A stretch of DNA of 64,000 bases from a virus (taxonomy: Duplodnaviria; Caudoviricetes), in IMG/VR virus record IMGVR_UViG_3300033121_002118, positions 32,001 to 96,000 of that record; one strand, written 5' to 3'. A model generated the notes under the pieces. It made no database searches. It was given only the letters and a program-made list of their open reading frames with translations, and had not been told where the DNA came from. The translations under genes were made by a program, and so were the position numbers. The stretch's first letter is position 1; each line of letters opens with the position of its first letter. Shown piece after piece: positions 1 to 7,944 of this stretch.

Positions 1-7
1 TCAGGAC

Positions 8-490
8 GTGAACATCTTCGTCCTGAACGAGGATCCGCGGCAGGCCGCGGTCGACCAGTGCAACAGGCACGTCGTCAAGATGGGACTCGAAGCGGTGCAG
101 CTATTGTGCACGGCGCTCCAGACGCTGCATCCGGACGTGACCGTGCCCTACAGACCCACCCACGTCCACCATCCCTGCGTGCTGTGGACCATGGCGACGC
201 CCGAGAACGCGGCCTGGCTGGCGGAGCACGCCCAGGAGCTCTTCCGCGAGTACACGCGGCGCTACAGCAGACGGCACAGGTCCGAGGCCGCGCTCGACGT
301 CGTCATGGGCCTGCTCCCCCAGGCCGATTGGCGCGCGCACCAGGACTTCGTCCAGTGCATGCCCGACGAATGGAGGCACCCGGACGCCGTGACGGCATAC
401 CGCTGCTTCTACGTCGCCGAGAAGTCGCGTTTCGCGCGCTGGGCCCCGTGCTCGCGACCGCCTAAGTGGTGGCCGTTCGATGAACTGTGA
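8..490 (+). CDS. Pyrimidine-dimer DNA glycosylase/endonuclease V-like phage protein
   Basis: N-terminus MNIFVLNEDP..A...CNRHVVKM.LEAVQLL, plus YRPTH.HHPC..W and FVQCMPD motifs typical of this phage family. Confidence 0.7.
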   Translation: MNIFVLNEDPRQAAVDQCNRHVVKMGLEAVQLLCTALQTLHPDVTVPYRPTHVHHPCVLWTMATPENAAWLAEHAQELFREYTRRYSRRHRSEAALDVVMGLLPQADWRAHQDFVQCMPDEWRHPDAVTAYRCFYVAEKSRFARWAPCSRPPKWWPFDEL

Positions 491-493
491 GAG

Positions 494-727
494 TCAAAGT
501 CCGTGCTTTCGTCGTACGCTGCGCTTGATCTCATACAATGACTTGTTGAGATCGTTGAGACCCTGGTAGACGTCGCTATCGAACGTCTGCGCAGTGTCGA
601 GCGCGGCGTCCAGGGCAGACTGGACGCCCGACAGAGCGGCGAGCATGTCCTCCTTTGAGGCACCCTCGCGCAGCCTCGCCGCCTCTTCCCTGATGATCCG
701 TCCCAGCTCGCCCCTCGTGATCTGCAT
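494..727 (-). CDS. Leader-family small protein (putative head internal protein)
   Basis: Begins MQITRGELGRIIREEAARLREG; TAGCTA box 5 nt upstream of the ATG at 727. Confidence 0.75.
   Translation of the reverse strand: MQITRGELGRIIREEAARLREGASKEDMLAALSGVQSALDAALDTAQTFDSDVYQGLNDLNKSLYEIKRSVRRKHGL
670..721 (-). repeat. Leader-coding DNA repeat, 50/52 nt identical to 4607-4658
   Basis: Direct manual alignment. Confidence 0.85.
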
Positions 728-735
728 GTTGGTAG

Positions 736-1701
736 CTATGCGTTCGCCACTCGGGCCAGGCACGCGGCTGGATCCCACTTGAGCTCCAGGTCGGTGACGC
801 GCACCAGGCGCAGGCCCTGCCCCGCGAACCAGGAGTCCTGGGCACGATCGCGTTCCCGTGTGCCCAGGATGGCCTTGTCGCGCTCCTCCTGCGATTCCTG
901 CAGCACATGCAGCGGTCGATCCAGGCCGTGCCAGTAGACGCCGTCGAACTGCACATACGTGCGCAGGCTCTTCACGTAGAAGTCGATCCGCCAGCCGTTG
1001 ACCCAGACCTGGGCCTCCACGTCCTCCTGGCCGAACCGCTCGATGAGCAATTGTCCGAACCGTTCCTCAGCCATCGAGATCTGCCGACCGATCGTGCCGT
1101 TTGCCTTCATCGAGTCCAGCGCTTTTTCACGTGCTTCGGGCGTGTGCGCAGCCTCCACCCCTGCACGGTGAACCTCAGGAAGCATCAAGACATGAGGCAC
1201 ACCGTAGCGCTCCATGTTGGTAGCACGGTAGCGCTCCTGCATCACAGGGCTCTTGGCAGGATGATCGACACCGTAGTTCTCGAACCAAGTCGCCCGCGCC
1301 TTCTCGTCGAAGTTCGCTGACTGCGTGTGCCAGTCCACGCCAAACTTCTCCTGGTTCGTCGCCCGTGCCTTCTCCTTGACGCTCTCGGCCTGCGACGACA
1401 CGGGCACGCCATAGCGCTCCACGTTGGTGGCACGGACCCTGCGCCGGATCGAGGCGTCCTTCAGCGGGTTGTCGACGCCGTAGCGCTCGACGAAGCGCTC
1501 GCGCTTCTTGACGTCTAGCGCGCCGCCCTTGTGTTGTAGAGTGCCCTGGCACTTCCTCGAACAGGCGTGGACGGAGGCACCTGCGATGTGCTGGAAGAAC
1601 CGCTTCTCGAAGGTGCGCTGGCAGGCGTCGCAGCGGAGGACGAGGGTGCGCTTGGGATAGTCGACGCGACGGGAAGGTTCAGACTTGATCTCAAGGAGCA
1701 C
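736..1701 (-). CDS. Putative homing endonuclease: CxxC + (T)NxERYGV repeats + DUF559/Vsr-like PD-(D/E)XK domain
   Basis: Repeated ERYGV/EKFGV/ENYGV units; C-terminal WRIDFYV..YVQFDGVYWHG..GLRLVRVTD. Confidence 0.75.
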   Translation of the reverse strand: MLLEIKSEPSRRVDYPKRTLVLRCDACQRTFEKRFFQHIAGASVHACSRKCQGTLQHKGGALDVKKRERFVERYGVDNPLKDASIRRRVRATNVERYGVPVSSQAESVKEKARATNQEKFGVDWHTQSANFDEKARATWFENYGVDHPAKSPVMQERYRATNMERYGVPHVLMLPEVHRAGVEAAHTPEAREKALDSMKANGTIGRQISMAEERFGQLLIERFGQEDVEAQVWVNGWRIDFYVKSLRTYVQFDGVYWHGLDRPLHVLQESQEERDKAILGTRERDRAQDSWFAGQGLRLVRVTDLELKWDPAACLARVANA

Positions 1702-1745
1702 ACACCAATGTATTGTGCGGACTCCTCAAAATAATCGCTGCCGCG

Positions 1746-2024
1746 CTATAGAGGCCACGGCACGCCCAGGGTTCTCTCGAACTCCTGGGCGCTGGCGCGC
1801 TTCAGGCCCAGCTTTTGCATGACGCTCTCGACAGAGGCCCCGGGCCTGCTGATCTCGTCCTGAAAGGCGCGCGAGGCCATCATGGCGTTGGCCACGGCAC
1901 GCACCTCTTCCTCCGTGCCTCGGACCTTGACATGGGTGGCGCGACCCACCAACCACGCGGCCACGGACGCGAAGAAGATCTTGCCCAGCAGGTTCAGGTG
2001 CAGCTCGTGCAGGCGCTTTGCCAT
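1746..2024 (-). CDS. Conserved-looking hypothetical phage protein
   Basis: Clean ORF; N-terminal RLHE motif; ends LGVPWPL. Confidence 0.6.
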   Translation of the reverse strand: MAKRLHELHLNLLGKIFFASVAAWLVGRATHVKVRGTEEEVRAVANAMMASRAFQDEISRPGASVESVMQKLGLKRASAQEFERTLGVPWPL

Positions 2025-2075
2025 GTCAGACCTCGTGGACGTCGCTCCACAGCTTCTGTGCAGCCGTTCCCATCG

Positions 2076-2351
2076 TCACTCCGCCGTGTCGTCCCCGCCG
2101 CCGAGGTCGAGCACGAACGACCTGAGCTCCTCGTCGATGCGCTCGAGCTCCTCGGCGTAGGGCGCCTCGAGCGCGCCGCGTGAGGCGAGCTGGGATGCCC
2201 GTTCGATCAGCGTGATCGCCTCATTCAGGAGCCGAATGACCAGGCCCTGGTCAGGTGCCTCGGGCATGCTGGCTTCGCTCTCGTGCAGACGCCGCGCCTC
2301 TTCCTTGACGATGCGCCGCAGCTGTCCCCTCGTGATCCTCATCGTCTTCAT
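2076..2351 (-). CDS. Leader-family small acidic protein
   Basis: (MKT)MRITRGQLRRIVKEEARRLHES; start at 2351 or 2342. Confidence 0.75.
   Translation of the reverse strand: MKTMRITRGQLRRIVKEEARRLHESEASMPEAPDQGLVIRLLNEAITLIERASQLASRGALEAPYAEELERIDEELRSFVLDLGGGDDTAE
2296..2342 (-). repeat. Leader-coding DNA repeat: 2299-2336 is identical to 10143-10180, and the full span is 44/47 identical to 52562-52608
   Basis: Direct manual alignment. Confidence 0.85.
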
Positions 2352-2353
2352 CC

Positions 2354-2581
2354 TCACTCGAGCTCCGCCCGGAGCTCGTACAGTTCACCGTCGATCTTTT
2401 CGAGGCGGTTCATGAGCTTGGCGGACACGCCCGCCGCGGAACCCGTCCCGATCGCCTCGGAGCATGCCTCACGCAGGGCGTCGACGGCCGCCAGGAACGC
2501 ATGCCAGTCGCCCTGGGCCTCACGAAGCGCCGCTGCTTCCTCCAGAACCAGCCTCCGCAGGTGCCTCTTCGTGATGATCAA
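2354..2581 (-). CDS. Leader-family small protein
   Basis: MIITKRHLRRLVLEEAAALREA; GGAGG upstream of a TTG start. Confidence 0.7.
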   Translation of the reverse strand: MIITKRHLRRLVLEEAAALREAQGDWHAFLAAVDALREACSEAIGTGSAAGVSAKLMNRLEKIDGELYELRAELE

Positions 2582-2590
2582 GCGGCCTCC

Positions 2591-2872
2591 TCATGCCCAC
2601 GCATAGCGCAGGCCGTTCCTGATCCCGTCGTTGATCGAGTCGCGGAGCATGGAGGCCTCCTGGGGCTCGCCCACGACGTAGTCGACGACCAGGTCGACCA
2701 GCTCGTCCACCTTGCGTGCCACGCCCGGATCGACGATCACGTCGGTGACGTCGGAGCTCGCTCCCTGCGAGCCTGGGCCCATCGGACCCGGCCGTTCCGA
2801 CCAGGCCTCGCGGATGTGCCTGCGCACCGCGCGTCGAAGTGCGGCCGTGCCGTGCTTGGGGGAAGTCGTCAT
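2591..2872 (-). CDS. Small protein with divergent leader
   Basis: LRRAVRRHIREAW near the N-terminus; TATGTA box 6 nt upstream. Confidence 0.65.
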   Translation of the reverse strand: MTTSPKHGTAALRRAVRRHIREAWSERPGPMGPGSQGASSDVTDVIVDPGVARKVDELVDLVVDYVVGEPQEASMLRDSINDGIRNGLRYAWA

Positions 2873-2897
2873 CGGGACTACATATCGGCCTGACGGC

Positions 2898-3137
2898 TCA
2901 GCTGAAGCGCCGGAGCCTCGCGGGCACGTGGCTCCTGGCGCGGCCCTGGGCAGCCCGGACGTCGGGCGTGTTGCCGTGCAGGGCCCGGGTCGCGGTCGCG
3001 CCCTCCTCGGAGGTGCGCTGCAGCTCCCTGGAGACGCGCTCGATGAACCACCGCTTGTACGCGACGGGCAGCGTATACGCCTCTTTGTAGCAGAAGCCCC
3101 CGTAGTACATCAGCAGGAAGATGGGCTCGAGCAGCAC
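2898..3137 (-). CDS. gp51-like baseplate hub/tail assembly protein, possibly expressed as a frameshift extension of the upstream gene
   Basis: IFLLMYYGGF.Y.EAY.LPV...WFIE motif; lies directly downstream of the gp26-like gene. Confidence 0.6.
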   Translation of the reverse strand: MLLEPIFLLMYYGGFCYKEAYTLPVAYKRWFIERVSRELQRTSEEGATATRALHGNTPDVRAAQGRARSHVPARLRRFS

Positions 3138-3150
3138 CTGCGCCCTGTCG

Positions 3151-4053
3151 TCAGGCGTGAGGCCAAAGAAACTTGACGCCCATGGGCATGTCCACCTCCT
3201 CGGACGCGCCGCACTTCCTGCACTCGACCGCCTGCCGCATGCGGATGCCGGGCTCGCTCTCCTTGATGAAGGTCCTGAGGGCCAGGGAATCGCCCGCGCG
3301 CATGCCGTTCCTGACGAAGGCCGCGATCTTGGCCCTGTCGGTCACGCCTTCGATCGACACGATGGAGTGCAGCAGGTTGGTCGTGACCACCTGGTCCGCG
3401 GCGCCCACCAGGCCGTGCTTGCGCTGCTGCTCCGCGGTCGCCACGATCTCCTGCTCGTCCCTGCCTGTCAGGAACCGGAAGCACACCTTCTTGCCCGACC
3501 TCGGCAGCGTGAAGGCGAACAGGTTGCAACCCTCCTCGATGGGCCGCAGCTCCAGGGACCGCAGCGGCAGCTGCCCGAGGTTGAAGGTGGCGGGCGTGCG
3601 CTCGCCGCAGGCGGCGCAGTCGACCTCTGCCTCGTACTCAGGGCCGTAGCCCGTGATGCGGATGGCGACCACCAGCGCGTTCCTGTCGCCTGCCAGGAGC
3701 GAGGCCGGATCGACCCGGCGGTCCGCCAGGCACGACCTGATGAGCTCCGTGATGACCGTGCCCTTCTTCAGGAACGCGCGGGAGGTGAGGATGTCCTCCT
3801 CCCGCGCGGTCATGCCCTTGATCTCGACCGTGTCCACGCCCGCGAACGGGTGGCCGGGCTCATACGCGAGACCGCGTGAGGGCAGCGGCACGACCTCCGA
3901 GGGCAGCTCCAGCCCCCCGAAGTCCGCCTTCAGTTGCTCCACCGTGCTGACCGCTGGCATGCCCTGTGCCGACAGCGCCCCGGGCGGCGCGTAGGCGCCT
4001 TGAAAGACCGCGTTGCGCTGTTCCCTGTCGTCCGACATCGTCGTCCCTCCCAT
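3151..4053 (-). CDS. gp26-like baseplate hub/tail assembly protein
   Basis: VPLPSRGLAY..VEIKGMTAREEDILTS..GDRNAL..AIRITGYG; two CxxC pairs; ends FLWP. Confidence 0.7.
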   Translation of the reverse strand: MGGTTMSDDREQRNAVFQGAYAPPGALSAQGMPAVSTVEQLKADFGGLELPSEVVPLPSRGLAYEPGHPFAGVDTVEIKGMTAREEDILTSRAFLKKGTVITELIRSCLADRRVDPASLLAGDRNALVVAIRITGYGPEYEAEVDCAACGERTPATFNLGQLPLRSLELRPIEEGCNLFAFTLPRSGKKVCFRFLTGRDEQEIVATAEQQRKHGLVGAADQVVTTNLLHSIVSIEGVTDRAKIAAFVRNGMRAGDSLALRTFIKESEPGIRMRQAVECRKCGASEEVDMPMGVKFLWPHA

Positions 4054-4193
4054 GCTTCCCCTGGCCGGACCTTACCGGGCGTCCGGCGCCCGTAAAAGAC
4101 GGGGCCACGTCGCCAAGAACGCAAGGAACTCGGTCAATGTGGCCCGTTGCTGTGGTTTAGAAGAAAAGGCCTGGGTCCAGGTCAATGACAGGA

Positions 4194-4664
4194 TCAGTGC
4201 TCGTCGTCCGGTCCCAGGAGGAGCCCGTCCCATTCTTTGGCCAGCTCCCGAAGGGTCTTCATGACGGCCTCGATCTTTTTTCGCAGCGCCGCCACCTCGC
4301 GACCCGAGATGCCCCCGAGCCTGTCCCTGTGCTCCTCGAGCGCGTCGGCGAAGTTTCGCATCTCGTCGCCGCCCTGCGCGGCCTCGAAGCTGCCGACGTC
4401 CTCGAGCGTCCGGGCTCCGCCTTCGCTGGATCTGGACGACCTCGACGAGGTACCGTTGAGACGATCTGCTTCCTTCGACTGCGCCAGGCTGCTGCGCGGT
4501 GTGATCCGAGGCGCGTTTTTCGGGCCATGACGACGACGCCCTGCTCCCTGCCGACGGGCCTCTTCACGTTCCCTGGCCGCCCCGAGGCCGCCCCGAGGCG
4601 CCTCCTGCAGCCTCGCCGCCTCTTCCCTGACAATCCGTCCCAGCTCGCCCCTCGTGATGATCAC
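4194..4664 (-). CDS. Leader-family protein
   Basis: GTG at 4664 behind AGGAGG; (M)IITRGELGRIVREEAARLQEA. Confidence 0.7.
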   Translation of the reverse strand: MIITRGELGRIVREEAARLQEAPRGGLGAAREREEARRQGAGRRRHGPKNAPRITPRSSLAQSKEADRLNGTSSRSSRSSEGGARTLEDVGSFEAAQGGDEMRNFADALEEHRDRLGGISGREVAALRKKIEAVMKTLRELAKEWDGLLLGPDDEH

Positions 4665-4705
4665 AGCTGTCGTCCTCCTGCTCGCGTGCGAGCCAAAACT
4701 TCCCG

Positions 4706-5110
4706 TCATCCGTCGACGATCTCGACATAGTCGATGCTGCCGCTCCAGACGACGCGCTCACCGTGCACCAGGTACAGCTCTGTGCCCTTGCCCGTGTCGT
4801 CGGTCATGCTGTACCTGCGTCCGTCCCCGTCCACGGCCTCGAGACGGGCAGGCATGACGTTTGGACGATAAGGCGACACAGACGTCACGGTCAGACGCAG
4901 CGCGGGCTTGGGACGCTGACCCATGCGCTGCGTCGCAGGACGCACTGCGAAGGCGACGCCGGGCTGCAGCTGCGAAAATGAGCTGGCAGGACGGCCCCGC
5001 CTGCTCGTCCGCATGCGCTCACGGCCCTGGTTGGTCGGGGCACCAGCTTCCTTGATTCTCTTCGCTTCTTCGGCCACGATCACGCGCAGGGCACGCCTGG
5101 AGATCAGCAT
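4706..5110 (-). CDS. Leader-family protein with beta-rich cargo
   Basis: MLISRRALRVIVAEEAKRIKEA from the ATG at 5110. Confidence 0.65.
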   Translation of the reverse strand: MLISRRALRVIVAEEAKRIKEAGAPTNQGRERMRTSRRGRPASSFSQLQPGVAFAVRPATQRMGQRPKPALRLTVTSVSPYRPNVMPARLEAVDGDGRRYSMTDDTGKGTELYLVHGERVVWSGSIDYVEIVDG

Positions 5111-5129
5111 ACGATAGCTGCTATCCGTC

Positions 5130-5546
5130 ATGGGAACGACGATGCAGGCCGCGGCCTTGCTCAGGGAGACGGTCAGGGGCATGGTGGCCGAGGCGAGGCC
5201 CAGGCGACCCAGCAGCGACGAGCGCCAGGCCGGCCAGGACGACAGGGAGGCGCTGGTGCGGTTCACGAGGCAGGCCCGACGGGCCCTGTCGGAGGTCGCC
5301 TACGCGTGGACCCCGCCCAGCGTCGACAGAGATCCGAGCGCCTACTGGAAGGTGTCGTGCGCGATCGTGCCGGAACGGGCCGCCGAGGCGGCCCAGACGC
5401 TCCTGGGCCTGGGCCTCAAGAAGGGTTGGGGCGGCCGGGGGACCACCCACTTCGAGGGCGCCCCTGACGGGATCGACGTGCAGCTGATGGCGTGGAAGAC
5501 GGGCGCCCGACTCACGTTCTCGAAGAGCACGCGCCTGCCGAACTAG
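5130..5546 (+). CDS. Hypothetical protein with divergent leader
   Basis: LLRETVRGMVAEA near the N-terminus; transcribed divergently from the 5110 gene. Confidence 0.6.
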   Translation: MGTTMQAAALLRETVRGMVAEARPRRPSSDERQAGQDDREALVRFTRQARRALSEVAYAWTPPSVDRDPSAYWKVSCAIVPERAAEAAQTLLGLGLKKGWGGRGTTHFEGAPDGIDVQLMAWKTGARLTFSKSTRLPN

Positions 5547-5778
5547 CGAACAAGGCCTGCACGGCGCGCAGGGCGCGTCCGGCGCTGCGCCCCGCCCATG
5601 TGATCGACATGCCCTCGGTGGCCTTGACGGGCACCTGGTGCAGCTCGAGGAACGCGGCGAGCTCCCTGCCGGACGCCTCCAGCGAGAGCAGCCTCCCGTT
5701 CACGGCGGGAAACTGTCCGCCGAGCGCGCACGTCAGCACGGTACGGCGTCGGTCGATGTCTACGGTGATCTTGATCAT
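5512..5778 (-). CDS. Hypothetical protein
   Basis: Plausible ORF MIKITVDIDRRRTV... filling the gap between genes. Confidence 0.4.
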   Translation of the reverse strand: MIKITVDIDRRRTVLTCALGGQFPAVNGRLLSLEASGRELAAFLELHQVPVKATEGMSITWAGRSAGRALRAVQALFASSAGACSSRT

Positions 5779-5850
5779 GGTGGGCGTCCCGGACCAGACC
5801 ACGGTACACCGCGGCGGGGACGCCCCACACCCACCGCGTGGGTCGACGAA

Positions 5851-6153
5851 TCAGCGCTGCTTCCGCAGCGCCATCCGTGCCTTCGTGATGGCGTCCACGG
5901 CGACGTTGATGTGCTCGATCAGGCTCGTGTCAGAGCCCAGAGACTCGAGCGCCAACCCGAGCGAGTCTCGCGCATCGCCCAGGTGCTGCATCGTCGTCTG
6001 GGCCTCAGGCGTGAGGGGCGCAGATGGTCCGACCGCGGGTGTGCCGCGCTTTCGACGGCGCCCACCCATTCCAGGAGGCCTCTTTCCTGCCTCCTGCAGG
6101 CGCAGCGCTTCCTCGTGCACGACCCTTCGCAGCTCGCTCAGCCTGATCCTCAT
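5851..6153 (-). CDS. Leader-family small protein
   Basis: MRIRLSELRRVVHEEALRLQEA; TAGGTA box 6 nt upstream. Confidence 0.75.
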   Translation of the reverse strand: MRIRLSELRRVVHEEALRLQEAGKRPPGMGGRRRKRGTPAVGPSAPLTPEAQTTMQHLGDARDSLGLALESLGSDTSLIEHINVAVDAITKARMALRKQR

Positions 6154-6180
6154 GCCGTCTACCTATGCGTCCGCCGCGCC

Positions 6181-6468
6181 TTACGTCTCGGACTCGATGA
6201 GCTCACGCAGGTCGTCGACGATCGCGTCGAAGATTCCGCGGGCGAACCCGGATCCCGGATCGAGGACCTGGTCATACACGCCGGGAGGCAGGGCGTCGTT
6301 CACGTCGACCAGCTCCAAGACCCGCTGCATCATCCGAAAGAAATGGTCCTGGACGACCCTGTCGTGCATGGCCCTGTCGATCGGAACGGAGAGCGCCGCG
6401 TCGAGCGCCTGCAGACCCTCGATCTCTTCCTTGATGATCTTGACGAGCTCTGAGCGAGGAATGCGCAT
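6181..6468 (-). CDS. Leader-family small acidic protein
   Basis: MRIPRSELVKIIKEEI from the ATG at 6468; TAGCTA box 5 nt upstream. Confidence 0.7.
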   Translation of the reverse strand: MRIPRSELVKIIKEEIEGLQALDAALSVPIDRAMHDRVVQDHFFRMMQRVLELVDVNDALPPGVYDQVLDPGSGFARGIFDAIVDDLRELIESET

Positions 6469-6476
6469 GCAGGTAG

Positions 6477-7280
6477 CTATGCCTCGGCCGCGTGCTCTTG
6501 GGCATGGCACGCCGAGCACAGCACGACCCCGCTGATGTTCCGGTCCAGGTGGTAGGTCGCAACCGCCTCCGCGACCGCGTGCTTCTTCTCGTGGTCGTCA
6601 CCGGGCTCCCCCAGCACACCCACGACCGCTCGGAGCACCTGCGAGAATCGCACTTCGTCGTGATGCACGTGGAGCTCGTCCGTCGATGGGCAGCCCGGGG
6701 TCGTGCACCGGAACCCGGCCGTGACCAGCTTAGGATAGGTCCACTTGCTGTAGAGATGGGAACGACACAAGGCCTGGAGGGCAGACACGCCGCCAGCCCA
6801 TTGCGAATGGGCGGATCCTGTGAGCGGCGTAATCGCACCCGTCCGCCACGAACGGGTCATCGTCGCGCCGCGTTCCTCACGTCGCTCTGGCGTGAAGTTC
6901 GCTGACTGCGTCTGTCCATAGGCAGCGACGCGTTCATCGGTCGCCTTGGTGAGGCCGCTGTTCCAGGTGGTCGCACCCTTCTCGAAGAGTTCTCGGCGCG
7001 TCTTCTGGCTTCGAGCCTGCACCGCATCGTTGTGGCCCCAGTTGTTTTTCACGCGCGAGACATGACCACGGATCCACTCCGTGAACCCGGCCTGGATGCC
7101 CATGAACTTCACTGCACCGCCACAACCGCACCTGCACGTGGGCCGGACGCCGGCGTGAAACAGTCGGACCCGAAGGTCCTCGGCCGTGCCCTTGTGGGCC
7201 TTGCGCCAGTGGACGCTCAGCGAGATGAGGTTGGAGTTCTCGTACGTGCAGGCAGGATCAGGACAGCGATGGGACGACAC
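6477..7280 (-). CDS. HNH-type homing endonuclease with Zn finger, CxCGCG and NUMOD3-like motifs
   Basis: CPDPAC..H...H, CRCGCG, WNSGLTKATDERV, C-terminal ELHVHH..LCSACHAQEH; GTG at 7280 with GGAGG and TACAAT upstream. Confidence 0.7.
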   Translation of the reverse strand: MSSHRCPDPACTYENSNLISLSVHWRKAHKGTAEDLRVRLFHAGVRPTCRCGCGGAVKFMGIQAGFTEWIRGHVSRVKNNWGHNDAVQARSQKTRRELFEKGATTWNSGLTKATDERVAAYGQTQSANFTPERREERGATMTRSWRTGAITPLTGSAHSQWAGGVSALQALCRSHLYSKWTYPKLVTAGFRCTTPGCPSTDELHVHHDEVRFSQVLRAVVGVLGEPGDDHEKKHAVAEAVATYHLDRNISGVVLCSACHAQEHAAEA

Positions 7281-7343
7281 TTTCGACCTCCAGACACCAT
7301 TGTATGACGCCCAAAGACCGATGTATCTTGTCATACAATCGTG

Positions 7344-7835
7344 TCAGAACTGCAGCACAGCGTTGTCGTAGCGGAGAGTCAAGGAGATCTCCACCGGGGT
7401 GCCGTCCTCGTACGTCAGCTCGCCGAAGTCGCAGTCGGCGATGAGGGTGCCCTTGATGTCCCAGAGCTGCACCACCGTGCCCACCGGATCGACCAGCTTG
7501 AGCTGCATGTCGCGCTTGTAGAAGTCGGCGTAGCCCGCCCTGCCTGACACGGACTCGAAGTGCAGGCGGATCCACTCCATCACCTGCTGCGCGCCCGAGG
7601 GCGCGATCGGGTCGTGGAGCGTGATCTGCATCGTGGAGAACTTGGTCTTGCCCGCCAGGTAGCGGTGCGAGTTCATCCACGGGATCTCGACCTCCTCGGT
7701 CGTGTACTGCGGCCGCTTCGCGGTCTTCAGGAGGTAGGCGTCGATGCCCTCGACCATGAGAATCCAGCGGTTTTTTCTGAGGGGCTCGAATTTATTCGGA
7801 ATCATCGAAGCCACATCAAGGGTCTCAGCAGGCAC
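7344..7835 (-). CDS. gp19: Tail tube protein (T4 gp19-like)
   Basis: FEPLRKNRW..RP..ITLHDPI.PSGAQQVMEW.R..DFYKRD..L.YDNA; 163 aa; downstream of the sheath genes. Confidence 0.9.
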   Translation of the reverse strand: MPAETLDVASMIPNKFEPLRKNRWILMVEGIDAYLLKTAKRPQYTTEEVEIPWMNSHRYLAGKTKFSTMQITLHDPIAPSGAQQVMEWIRLHFESVSGRAGYADFYKRDMQLKLVDPVGTVVQLWDIKGTLIADCDFGELTYEDGTPVEISLTLRYDNAVLQF

Positions 7836-7944
7836 GGCAGTTCTCCTTTTTGCGACCTCAGCAATCGCACGGACTAACTACGTCCGAACGATCATTCACA
7901 TTCACACCGAAACGACCAACAGCAGACAAGCAACAATAGAACCG

